Assembly: GCA_002269645.1 (NCBI GenBank)
Contig: NIVC01000020.1
Span: 558,001-622,000, forward strand
Source of the DNA: Macrostomum lignano
Lineage: Eukaryota
Length of the DNA stretch: 64,000 nucleotides
Direction: 5' to 3'
Part shown: piece by piece, positions 32,026 to 43,599 of the stretch
How the letters are laid out: each line of letters begins with the position of its first letter
Numbering within the stretch: position 1 is the first letter of the stretch
Made by a program: the position numbers and the translations under genes
Notes under the pieces: generated by a model
Told to the model about the DNA's origin: nothing
What the model saw: only the letters and a program-made list of their open reading frames with translations
Database searches by the model: none

Positions 32026-32692
32026 CCGCTTCATCGTCCGTGCAGTCACAGCAGCAGTCACAGCAGGAGGCGCAGTCCGGCCCGCTCTGGCAGTCGCCAG
32101 CCGCAATGCCGTGAGACCCGTCCGCAGCCTCCAGCATCCACAGCTGCACCCGCTCGTTCAGCTGGTCCAGGTACTCCTGGTAGTCGGCGTGGCCGCCGCG
32201 ACTTTCGGTAGGCGGGGCGCAGCAGTCCTCGCTGGCGCAGTGGTGCTGCTGGTTCTGGTGCAGGTGATGCGGCTGGTGGTGATGATGGTGGTGGTGGTGG
32301 TGGTGGTGCTGGGCGGTCGACGAGGGCCGGCGGCGGACGGAGGATGAGCGGGAGATGACGGAGGCGCCAAGACGCTCGGAGCGGTGGAAGGCGGCCAGCT
32401 GGTGCAGCGAGACTGGCGAGGCGGGCCGCTGGGCGCTGCCGGGGCAGCAGGAGTTGTGCGACCAGGGCGGCTCCAGGTGGCTGCCGGCGTCAGCGGCCTC
32501 CTCAGCTGCGGCGGGAACGCCGGCAGCGGCCGCGGGTGTCGCGGCGGCCTCCCAAGGCGGCTCGCAGCAGCAGCAGCGGCTGCTGTCACCGGCGGCATCC
32601 TTACGGTGCGAGGTCAGGTTGGCGCTGCTGGCCGATATGCGCATCTGCGAGACGGCTTTGGCGGCCTGCGAGGAGGGGGAGGCTGGACCGTC

Positions 32693-32723
<31 letters not shown>

Positions 32724-32780
32724 TTGACAGATTGACAGACAGACAGACAGACAGACAGACAGAAAGACAAACAGACAGCT

Positions 32781-32848
<68 letters not shown>

Positions 32849-34888
32849 GCTAACAGACAGACAGACAGGCAGACAGCTGACAAGACAGACAGCTAACAGA
32901 CAGACAGACAGGCAGACAGCTGACAAGACAGACAGACAAGACAGGCAGACAGACAGACAGACAGACAGAGACAGACAGACAGCTGACAGACAGACAGACA
33001 GACAGACAGATAGACAGACAGACAGACAGACAGCTAACAGACAGACAGACAGGCAGACAGCTGACAGACAGACAGACAAGACAGGCAGACAGGCAGACAG
33101 ACAGAGACAGACAGACAGACCTGAGCGGTGAGGGTGTCGCCAATTTCTCTGTTGGTGTTGGCATGGCCGGCCTCCCGCTCGTCCTCGGCCATCTCCAGGA
33201 TGGTCTGGAATGCGGCAGCGGAGTTCGCCCGGTCCAACGAGGGTTCGCGCTGGTCGGCGTTGCGGCACCAAGGCAGGGAGTCCAGGATGCCCACGGACTC
33301 GTGGAATTCCTCGCAGCGGGGATCCTCCATCACTGCGGCAGAGATGGGGGAGAGCCAGCAGTTCTAGTTAACAGCCGATTTAGCAGTGCACTATTGCAAT
33401 GAAGTCTGGCATGCAGGTAAACAGTGCTCACTCCCATGGCAAGTAATACCAATTTCTCAGTCTCCAATTTTGCATCTAAAAATACACTACCTCAGCATGC
33501 GCTCGGCCTTGAAATATTGCCGCAGCCCGATTTCCCATAGGGCACAGAGTGCAGCGTCAACAGCCCCCGGTCCCAACAGGCCTGCGCCAGCGCAGCTCGA
33601 AATTCATTTGCTTACCATTTAAGATTGCATGTCAGCTGGCTAAAGTTCTTAAGCCTTATCTTGGATGCTATTGCTGGCATTGCTTAATAACTTGCCTTTT
33701 TAGCCTTAGAGGCAGACTAGGAAATACAGATTGCTGTTGTCCTTAGCTGACCCCAATGCTATTCCATCTTCTCTCCTCTCTGCCTCGTGACGGGAACGGG
33801 AAAGGAAATGGGGATTGGAGAGGGAGGCGCGTATTATATATTCTTATGCCGAGTTGCAGACACGCAGCGTGCGCCCTCTGCTAGCTATAGTGTCTAAGGC
33901 TCTAAGCCCATAAAATGGCTGTCCAAAACCCCAGGAGCACGCAGCAAGCGCATGTCTGGGGGAGTGGGGTGGTGGGTGGAGGTCGGGCAGGGTCTGGGGG
34001 TAAAAGAATTGGGGTGCGTGCGTTTACTGTACACTCCATTCCGGTCAGCCACCACCCCAACAAGAGTTCGCCCTTCATTTATACGATAACTTTATTCAGT
34101 ACAAGTCATCATCAATTTAAACAATGCAACTTGTACGAAGGCCAATATCGAATTGCTTTGGCCTTTATCTAAACCGGAAATCCTCAGGGTTGCATTACTG
34201 AAATGCCTTCCTATAAATTACTGTAGCATTGCTGATTTTTTTAAAATAGATATTCTTACCAATCCCACGCTGATTCCAAATATGGCCAACTTTTTTAGTG
34301 GACAGGGAGAATTGCCCCCCCCCATCCGGGCGAGGCAGGCACGATTCTCACAAATCGAATCCAAAGCGGAATTCAGTTTCAAAAAAACAAACAGGAGTAG
34401 CCTGGAGTACCAATGTCAATGAATTGGATTGCTCGTTAGTGGCAAGCGAAGAGAACTCAGGGGAGACGAAAGCCATCTGTTTGAATCGCCCCAAACTTAA
34501 TACAGGCAATCAAATTCGGTCCCCAAACCCAAATTAAAAATTACATTTTAGCAAGTTGATCAGTTGATGCAATTCTAGTAGACATTAATCGCTACTTAGC
34601 CTGTTCTGACTGTGCTTAATTGGCGTGAAACGATTAAGTTTCCGTCATGAACTGGAGGAGGATAAAAGTACACGTACTAGTAATAAACTCACCGACATCC
34701 TCGTGGTGAGCAGCCGCAGCTGCCAGCTCAGACGCTGCGGTATCCCTGCAAGCGTGCGCCACATGGAAGCGACTCAGCGCCGGCTGTGGCTGCGGCGAGT
34801 CGCCGGCGCCCAGACTGGCCGCTGCTCCCGATGAAGCGGACGCTACGAGGAGGCGTGACTCCTGGGCGGCGGACGATCCGCACGGCAT
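32015..34888 (-). CDS. Uncharacterised low-complexity protein (~352 aa, 3 exons; poly-His, Cys clusters, Ala-rich)
   Basis: Exons 34888-34693 (GCCGCCATG Kozak; donor GTGAGT), 33332-33121 and 32665-32015. Phases 1 and 0 are compatible and GC3 is high. No family recognised; the 3' end is uncertain. Confidence 0.62.
32690..33120. repeat. (GACA)n microsatellite making up nearly all of intron 2 of the orphan gene
   Basis: Read directly. Confidence 0.96.
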
Positions 34889-36569
34889 GGCGGCAATAAT
34901 TGGATAAAAGAGGGGGCAAACAAAATTGTTTACGCTATATAAAATAACTGCTGTCTGCTGCTACTAGAGGCAGATGTCAGCATTTCGGTACGGCTGCACT
35001 TGGATGCTACAGGAGACCAAAGTTCGCGGAGTATCGAAGGGAGCGCTTTGGTTGATACAGGAATCGCTACGGGAGTTGCTACAAATTATTCAGTATTAAA
35101 GATACGATCGTATATAAAGTGCGCAATGAACGACTAAAAAGGAATCTGTTGGGTCCGGCGCACTTGCTTGGCTAACAAACTTGGTATTTAAAGTCTTTCT
35201 CAACAAAACTAAGCCGTCTGACAGCGTCTGTGTCTGAGGCCAAGGCGGCTGCAAGTGGTTTCCCATATTAAGGGAAGGGTCGGGGGGAGGCCACAGCTGA
35301 TTCATTCCACAGAGCTTGTAAAGCAAGTGGGTCCCCCAGTGCCGAGACCAATCAGCGATCGGGGGCAGAGGGGTGAGCGGCGGCGTACACTCCCCATTGT
35401 ACGCAGTTATGGGTTTGAGTGTACAGCGCAGTTTCTCAGGTTCATTAACTATAGAATACGAACTCTTGAAGCATAGAAAGGGCTCAAATTAAAATTCTGT
35501 TGTTCTCAATTTCCAACAGGAAAATTTTAATAATATTATGTTCTGCTTCAATTGCTATTTATTGTCAAGGTGCAAGCGGTGGGGTCATAAAACATTCGGT
35601 CTTGCTCGCTGATAAGGAATGAAACATCGTGCAGTCAATTAGGCCTCTAATTAACAATTGCTGGAATGCCTGGAGTGAGATTGTGGAGCCTGAAAAGCTG
35701 AAAAAATGTGGATATTTTCAGCAAGTTTGCGAAAACTCACTGACAAACGGGCCTAGATAACATTGAATGCACAATGCCCCGGCCGGGCCTATTTGCACAA
35801 GAGTTGAGCAACAATCTCTTCTTATCTTGTGTAGAATATTATTTATGACTTCAATCCGGTTTATAGCAAATGATCTTTTATTTAGATTAAATCATGCTTG
35901 CACAACGAACTTGGGCACAGAAATGAACTTTCAGTTCTATAGTGCTAAGCTAAGTTGGCCCACCACCCGGACTGACTGACTCAATTGATTGCCACAGCTT
36001 TTTTCAATGCTTCTCCCATCTTCTAACACTGGAACTCTGCGGGTTAGGCTCCCAGCCGAAAGTGCATTAAGTTCGTTAGGCGCTTCGGCACGCAATGTAC
36101 TTTAAAGAGAGATTGGTCCTAATTGAATATCTGGGAGGCACCCCCCCCCGGCCTCCAGACGCACTCTCCGCTCTCATCATATTTGCCGGGATGCCTCCGC
36201 TTGTGAGAGATTTTTTTGCCAGAACTTGCTTCTTCCTAGGCGAAGTGATTGATTGACTGACTGGTTAGTTATTAATGATTGAATCATATTTAGGGCTGAC
36301 CGCAGACTGGTGGGCACACGAGGCTGACCTGTAATATAAAAGTGCAGTCCAGTTCCTGGTCGAATTGAGATGCACTTTTCAGTCAAGTTCGCTTCAGTGC
36401 AAGGCTCATAAATCAGACAACTTCAATTCGGCCCTAAAAATGACGCTGCTGATGAGACGAGGTCGATTCTATTCTCCGGATTGCAGCTTCGGTTTATTTC
36501 AGGTTTCTGATCATCAAGCTTTGATTTCTGCAGTGGGATTGGCATCGGCTCCTCTTGGCGCCCGCAGGG

Positions 36570-36775
36570 GCTCCCCTTTAGCACCCCCTGCTCCTATTTA
36601 GCGCCCCTGGCTCCCATTTAGCGCCTCCTGCTCCCCTTTAGCACCCCCTGCTCCTATTTAGCACCCCCTGCTCCCATTTAGCACCCCTTTGCTCCCATTT
36701 AGCACCCCCTGCTCCCATTTAGCGCCCCCTGCTCCGCTTTAGCGCCTCCGGCTCCCTTATAGCGCCCCCCCTCCC
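36570..36775. repeat. 20/21-bp minisatellite (TTTAGCACCCCCTGCTCCCA) x~10
   Basis: Read directly. Confidence 0.92.
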
Positions 36776-37551
36776 GACTTCCCTTTTGGCGCCCGTTGTC
36801 AACTTCGGTGCAAAAGAACCAGCCTTCTAAAACCCGCTTTGGTCTTCAACTCTTAGCGGGGTATGCAGATGAAGATAGCTCCGAGTCAAAAGTACACGCT
36901 GTTCGCGTATTTTGCAGCCCTTCGTAATCTTTACGAGGAGGATGTTATTGTTAAGAAAGGCCTCAGCCAGGCAGCAAACGACTCACTCGTCGATAAACCA
37001 GCCGGTTTTATAGGCTAAGAGAATCTCTAAATCTCGTGAATGAACTCACTACCTGAGCCAGCAGTGATACACCTGGGTAATACTGCAATGCAGAGAGCAC
37101 AGGTGAAAGTCTTTCTCACTTCCAAGAGAAAACCACAGAGCTGCAAAGCCACAGGCGGCAAGGCAGAGGGCCCGGTCCCTCAGCCTGCGTGTCCCTCCCT
37201 GCCGCACTCAAATAAAAAAGAAAACAAGAAAGCAAAAAAATTATCTGCAGAAGAAGATTTCAGGCGCAGAAAGAAGAGACAGACAAGAAAAGTGAAGAAA
37301 CAGGGCGAGTCAAAGGCACGGAGAGAAAAGTTTCTAAAGCTCCCCAGCTGTCCCCGATAAGAGCGGGCGAGCTCAGGGCGGAGGGAGGGCAGCTCGGAGT
37401 GCGCGGTGGGTGGCCGGCCGTGAAAACCGCCAGCACAGAGGGCGAAAAGTTAGCAGAAAGGAATTCGACCGGAGGGACTCGCTCGGCTGCAGTCGCAATC
37501 TCAGGTTGAGCAAAAGCTTGGCGCATTTAACCCAGTGGACTTATTGTTGCC

Positions 37552-40500
37552 ATGGCAGCGGTGGTCGCGGCTGAGCAGGCAGCGGCTCCCCAAAGAGCGG
37601 TGGAGCAGCTGGACAGGGAGAGGCGGAAGCGGGAGAAGCTGAAGGCACAGGCGGCCAGGTGAGAGGCTTGCAGTTGGTTCTGGAACTCTTCCGCATGGAT
37701 TATCCTGCCACTTTCTGTCGGCCCGCAGGCAGCAGTCGCGGATCCAGGAGCTGGAGGAGTCGCTGGCCGCTTCCAACGCGGCGGCGTCGGCCGCACAGGA
37801 AGCGGCGGAGCGGCACCGCGGCCAGGCGGAGCTGCTGCGCCGTCGCCACGAGGCGGAGGCGGCCCGTCGCGACGAAGAGCTGCGGGAGCTGCAGGCGCGC
37901 CACAGCGAGGAGGACTCGGCGGCGCGCGAGGCCCTCACGAAGGTGTCGCTGAGCCTCGAGGCGGCGCGGCTGGAGGCGGCCGGCCTGCGCCAGGCGCTTT
38001 CCCGCGAGCAGCTTGAGGCCACCGAGCGGCGCGCCGAGGCGGAGCGACTTCGCGCCAGCCTGGCCGAGGCCGCGGCGGTATCAGCCGAGAGCGAGCGCGC
38101 CATCGACGAGCTCACCGGCGAGAAACGCGACGGAGCCGGGCGGCTGCGCGAGCTGCGGGAGGCGAACATCCGCCTGCAGGAGAAGCTGGCGGGCGCCGAG
38201 TCCCGCCTCGCCGGCCTCCGCGACGACTGCCAGGCGGCGGCGGCGCTGGCGGAGGAGCGCGGCCGGCTGGCTGAGCAGCTGCGGGAGCGGCTGGCCACCT
38301 GCGAAGCCGGCCGCGCCGTGGCACCAGAAGCTTCGCCACCAGGCGAGCGAGAAACTCAGCGACCTTCGGCGGAGCAGCTGGCAGAAATTTGCCAGCGGTT
38401 GGAGCGCGCGGAGGCGGCTGGACGGTCGCTGAAGGCCGCCGCTGCCCCCAGCTCGGCAGGACTGCCGCAGTCTCCGCCTACACCATCGTCAAAGTGTCCC
38501 GAGAAACCCGATGGGGAATCCCAGTCAGCAGCAGCAACAACAGCAACTCTGAGGGAGCGGCGCCGTGCGGAGGCGGCAGAGGCGGCACTCGCCAGCGCAC
38601 GGTCGGAGCTGGCGACAACCCAGGCGGAGCTGGCGAAGGTGCGCACGGAGCTGGCGGAGGCCTTCGGTCGGCTGTCAGAGTCGGGTGTCGGCGATCTCGA
38701 CGACACTGGTGGAGACAGTAGGCGGCGTCGGTACTCGGTGGTAGCTGCAGAAGATGCGAGGAAGCTGCCTGATGAGGCGGATGAGGATATCGAAGTGCAC
38801 AGGGAGAACCCGGAAGGTCGGAGCGGCTGGCGGCCGGGCCTGTGGCGGACCTCCTACTGCTCGGTGAGAGCCTGCTAAAGTCTGGAGATGTGGGTTCGAT
38901 TCGGTGCGCGACGTGTGCGGCCACATTTGGGGGCCAAGCGTGCACAAAGTGTTCCCCTGCATTCCCCGCTTCAGAATGATCTCGAAGGCCTCCGGCGCGC
39001 CTGCCTGTCGCTAGCGGCCGAGCGGGACCGCCTGTCCGGGGACTGCCGGCACTACAGGCGCCTGTACGAGGAGGAGAGACGGCTGAGGCGACGCCTGACG
39101 GACGAGGTGCGCCGGCTGAACTGCACTGACGGCCGAGGCCGGGCGCTGCGCATGATGGCGGCCGGTGAGGCTGCGGGACGGGCGGAAAGGGGTGAACAGG
39201 GTTGGCGGGTCAAAGGGCGGGATTAAAAGCGAGGGGGAGCAGAGGTGAGTAGGGTTCAGCGGTGATGAGCTGGGGTGAGCAGAGGTGAGTAGGGTTCAAC
39301 GGGGATGAGCTGGGGTGAGTAGAAGTGAGTGGGGTTCAGCGGTGATGAGCTGGGGTGAGCAGAGGTGAGTAGTGTTCAGCGGGGATGAGCTGGGGTGAGC
39401 AGAGGTGAATGGGGTTCAGCGGGGATGAGCTGGGGTGAAAAGAGGTGAATGGGGTTCAGCGGGGATGAGCTGGGGTGAGCAGAGGTGAATGGGGTTCAGC
39501 GGGGATGAGCTGGGGTGAAAAGAGGTGAATGGGGTTCAGCGGGGATGAGCTGGGGTGAAAAGAGGTGAGTAGGGTTCAGCGGGGATGAGCTGGGGTGAGC
39601 AGAGGTGAATGGGGTTCAGCGGGGATGAGCTGGGGTGAAAAGAGGTGAGTAGTGTTCAGCGGGGGTGAGCTGGGTGAGTAGAAGTGAGTAGGGTTCAGCG
39701 GGGATGAGCTGGGGTGAGCAGAGGTGAGTGGGGTTCAGCGGGGATGAGCTGGGGTGAGTAGAAGGGAGTAGGGTTCAGCGGGGATGAGCTGGGTGAGCAG
39801 AGGTGAGTAGGGTTCAGCGGGGGTGAGCTGGGGTGAGTAGAAGTGAGTGGGGTTCAGCGGGGATGAGCTGGGGGTGAGGTCCCAAGCTCCCAGCTGCTGC
39901 AGCCTCGCCATCAATCTGTGGCTGGGAGGCGATTTCCAGTCAGACTCGAGTCTGCAGTTCATTCTGGGAGGGACTTTATTGGAAAATCGAAAGTTCTGTT
40001 CCAGCCCAGCAGCGGCCTCGGGGCTCAGCCGGTCTCGAGTCCCTCCTGTTTCCCTTTTCTGTTCCCAAAAGTGCTCAATTGATGGCCGGTCCCCACAGAG
40101 GAAATTTGCTCCGGAGAGCCGGGTAAGAGCTCAGCCTGCGCCAGTTTCCGTCAGGGGCCGGGCGGCCACTCCGGGTGTACTTTAAGCCGCATCGGATCGG
40201 GAAGGTCGGGCGCTGAGCGATCCGCGATGGGGCGGGGATGAATGCCGGCAGGAAGTGCAGCATCTGCGTCAGAGCGGGTGCCATGAATGCAATGAAGCCG
40301 GAGGCTGGGGACAGGCAGGTGCAGCGCGAAGGCAGTGTGCAGTGGCTGTAAATTTAATTAATCACCCAAAACGAAATTGAAATAGAGATAGTGAGCTGCG
40401 AAACTAAATTAAAATGTAACGCATGAACGAAGAATTGCGCATAACAGCCCACTAGCATAACAGCCCACTAGCATAACAGCCCACTAGCATAACAGCCCAC

Positions 40501-42224
40501 TAGCATAACAGCACACTAGCATAACAGCCCACTAGCGTAACAGCACACTAGCATAACAGCACACTAGCATAACAGCACACTAGCATAACAGCACACTAGC
40601 ATAACAGCACACTAGCATAACAGCACACTAGCATAACAACCCACTAGCATAACAGCCCACTAGCATAACAGCTCACTAGCACAACAGCACACTAGCATAA
40701 CAGCTCACTAGCACAACAGCACACTAGCGTAGGTCATGCAGTTGCAAATGAAGTCATGAATTTCGAAGTCGGAGTGAATTCCCAAATCTCCCTGCTGCTC
40801 TAACTCGGCAGGGCCCCGGAGCTATACTCAGAGCTTTGGCTACTGGGGAATATCTGGCTAAAATCCAGGGTTCATGCAAAGGCGGCTCAGAAAAATTGAC
40901 GCGGACTTTTTCGGCATTTTCTTCCCATCGCCGGTCATAAAAGTACGAACTGCTCCCTCTGGCCTGGTTGAAAAGCGAGCACTGCTCAGCCACAGCTCCG
41001 CCCCGAACTGGGACTGGATCTCACATTGGTCTCATACCTATCTCACCCTGGTCTCGTACCTATCTCACACAGGTCTCGTACCTATCTCACACAGGTCTCG
41101 TACCTATCTCACCCTGGTCTCATACCTGTCTCACCCTGGTCTCATACCTGTCTCACCCTGGTCTCATACCTGTCTCACCCTGGTCTCATACCTGTCTCAC
41201 CTTGGTCTCATACCTGTCTCACCCTGGTCTCATACCTGTCTCTTTTTATTATTAGAGGCAGGAGGGTTGTGTGCACCCTGGCGCACTTTAAGCGACATAG
41301 GCACACAACCGGCGAGAGCATTACTGCCCATTCCGCCGACTCCCCTGAGCAGGCATACAAGCGCGCGGATACGTACGCAGGCACACACTCACACAGGAGT
41401 GTACAGCGGCCCTAACTTTACATTATCGTTAGGCATGTACACTTCACTGCGCCTTGGGGGGTTGGCTCTCAAGGCCGTTAATTGCACGAGCAGAGCCAAG
41501 CCGAGATTCCAATTCAGCCCCAAATTAATGTGACTGCACTTGGAATCGAGCTTGGGTCGCTGGCACACCAGAGCAGCTGCGCTACCGCTGGGCTACGGCC
41601 CCCCTTACCTGTCTCTTAAATACAGGGTCTGATACCTGTCTCTCAAATAGAGGGTCTCATACCTGTCTCACCCTGGTCTCATACCTGTCTCACCCTGGTC
41701 TCATACCTGTCTCACCCTGGTCTCATACCTGTCTCACCCTGGTCTCATACCTGCCTCTTAAATACAGGGTCTGATACCTGTCTCTCAAATACCCGGGGTT
41801 TCATACCTGTCTCTCAAATAGAGGGTCTCATACCTATCTCACCCTGGTCTCATACCTGTCTCTTAAATACAGGGTCTGATACCTGTCTCTCAAATAGAGG
41901 GTCTCATACCTGTCTCACCCTGGTCTCATACCTGTCTCTTAAATACAGGGTCTGATACCTGTCTCTCGAATAGAGGGTCTCATATCTGTCTCACCCTGGT
42001 CTCATATCTGTCTCACCCTGGTCTCATACCTGTCTCTTAAATACAGGGTCTGATACCTGTCTCTCAAATACCCGGGGTTTCATACCTCTCTCAAATACAG
42101 GGTCTCAACTCGCATTGCAGACCCGCCGGCAGCCTTCGACCGCTGGACGTCGCCGAAAATCCCAGGTGACCCGGAGATGGTGTCCTTCAGCACCTACCTC
42201 AGGAGCAAGTACTCGGTTACGTGA
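37552..42224 (+). CDS. Uncharacterised long coiled-coil protein (~511 aa, 4 exons)
   Basis: Exons 37552-37658, 37729-38863, 38975-39164 and 42121-42224, with phases 2/0/1 all compatible. The product is E/R/A/L-rich heptad sequence ending ...DPPAAFDRWTSPKIPGDPEMVSFSTYLRSKYSVT*. Further upstream exons are possible. Confidence 0.75.
39235..39872. repeat. 40-bp G-rich minisatellite (GCGGGGATGAGCTGGGGTGAGCAGAGGTGAGTAGGGTTCA) x~16
   Basis: Read directly; intron 3 of the coiled-coil gene. Confidence 0.96.
40441..40729. repeat. 16-bp minisatellite (ATAACAGCACACTAGC) x~18
   Basis: Read directly. Confidence 0.96.
41027..42105. repeat. 22-bp minisatellite family (CTCATACCTGTCTCACCCTGGT and longer variants), interrupted by a SINE-like insert
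   Basis: Read directly; ends about 15 nt before the acceptor at 42120. Confidence 0.93.
41243..41604 (-). mobile_element. Putative tRNA-derived SINE (~360 bp)
   Basis: The minus-strand head GGGGGGCCGTAGCCCAGCGGTAGCGC... has an A box (TAGCCCAGCGG) and a degenerate B box (AGCTCGATTCC) and does not fold as a tRNA. A unique body is followed by a TAATAATAAAAA tail. TACCTGTCTC(T) flanks both sides. Confidence 0.62.
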
Positions 42225-43161
42225 CCGACTGCCGATCGGCAGCGGATTTCTTAGAACTGATGAGAATCTATTGCCATGCATGTGCAAACACTTACTTCCA
42301 TATTGCACTGCTCTATGATAATCTTATAGAGCTCGTAATAAACCAGTCTATGATAGCCTGCTCAGAAGCAGCAGTTGCTACTGACAGTAGCCATTGCCTG
42401 TTCCAATTCCTATACTACGATAGCCGAAAATTTCGCCGGTGTTGGTCGTTGAGTTTATTAAAATGTATTGAAGAGATAAAGAATTTCATTTCAATGAGTA
42501 GTAAATTCATTCATGGATTAGCTAATGGATTAAAAGAGCGCTTAAGCTGCGCGCACGACTGCCTACTGACGGCAGTAGAGTACAGCGCAAGCGCTTTCAG
42601 TTTCTCGATTGCCGAATTTCTTCGCTCTCCGCGAGTTTGCAAGCTGACGGCGCGAGCTGAGAGTGCGAAGGCCTTTATCTGCTGCAGCCCCCCCCCCCGC
42701 GACCTGCCCAGCTTATCTGCTGCCTCCGCGGCTTGGCTGGCCAGGAGACACGCGCCAGCTTAGCAGGTGACTCGCCGCTGCAGAATTGTCTGCCACTGCG
42801 CTGCGAGCTCTGGACTGCTGCACCGACTTGGTTGCTGCGGAAGCCGTCTGGCGCACTGCGGGACCCCCTGCTCAGCCCCCAGTCTAACCAGCGCCATTGT
42901 TTCAGGGATCTGAATGGGGACAGGGGAGCTCATGGCAACAGGAAGGAAAAAACATAGCGGTGGAGAAGACGAGAAAGAGAAAGAAAAGAGAGGAAGGGGC
43001 TCAGCGTTTGAGCAAAGCAGGTGCTGGGGAGTTTCTGATCAGCATAGCAGCAGAGCGATTGCAACGCAAAAGAAAAGTTTGTAAGCTAAGAAAATTAGAC
43101 AGAAAAAAGTCCAATGCACCGGAGCCAGCAGTGAGAATACTTGCTTGGCAGTGCCTTGCCT

Positions 43162-43599
43162 GAGTGAGTGAGTGAGTGAGTGATGAGTGAGTGAGTGAGT
43201 GAGTGATGAGTGAGTGAGTGAGTGAGTGATGAGTGAGTGAGTGATGAGTGAGTGAGTGAGTGAGTGATGAGTGAGTGAGTGAGTGCATGAGTGAGTGAGT
43301 GAGTGAGTGCATGAGTGAGTGAGTGAGTGAGTGCATGAGTGAGTGAGTGAGTGAGTGATGAGTGAGTGAGTGAGTGCATGAGTGAGTGAGTGAGTGAGTG
43401 ATGAGTGAGTGAGTGAGTGCATGAGTGAGTGAGTGAGTGCATGAGTGAGTGCATGAGTGAGTGAGTGAGTGAGTGAGTGAGTGAGTGAGTGGGTGAGTGA
43501 GTGAGTGAGTGAGTGAGTGAGTGGGTGAGTGAGTGAGTGAGTGAGTGAGTGGGTGAGTGAGTGAGTGAGCGAGTGAGTGAGTGGGTGAGTGAGTGAGTG
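43162..43599. repeat. (GAGT)n microsatellite with GAT and GCAT interruptions
   Basis: Read directly. Confidence 0.97.

Noticed and set aside
30964-32114. 380-aa (SSSGLGL)n and 366-aa (PDHCYSV)n ORFs
   Set aside because: Both are translations of the 21-bp array on opposite strands; there is no unique domain, splice support or start context.
36555-36795. TGGCGCCCG resembling a tRNA-Lys primer-binding site, twice, flanking the 20/21-mer array
   Set aside because: No LTR or gag/pol nearby; the word is close to the array unit (TTAGCGCCCC) and is better explained as a degenerate edge copy.
43162-43599. Interstitial telomeric repeat
   Set aside because: The unit is GAGT, not TTAGGG or a recognised variant.
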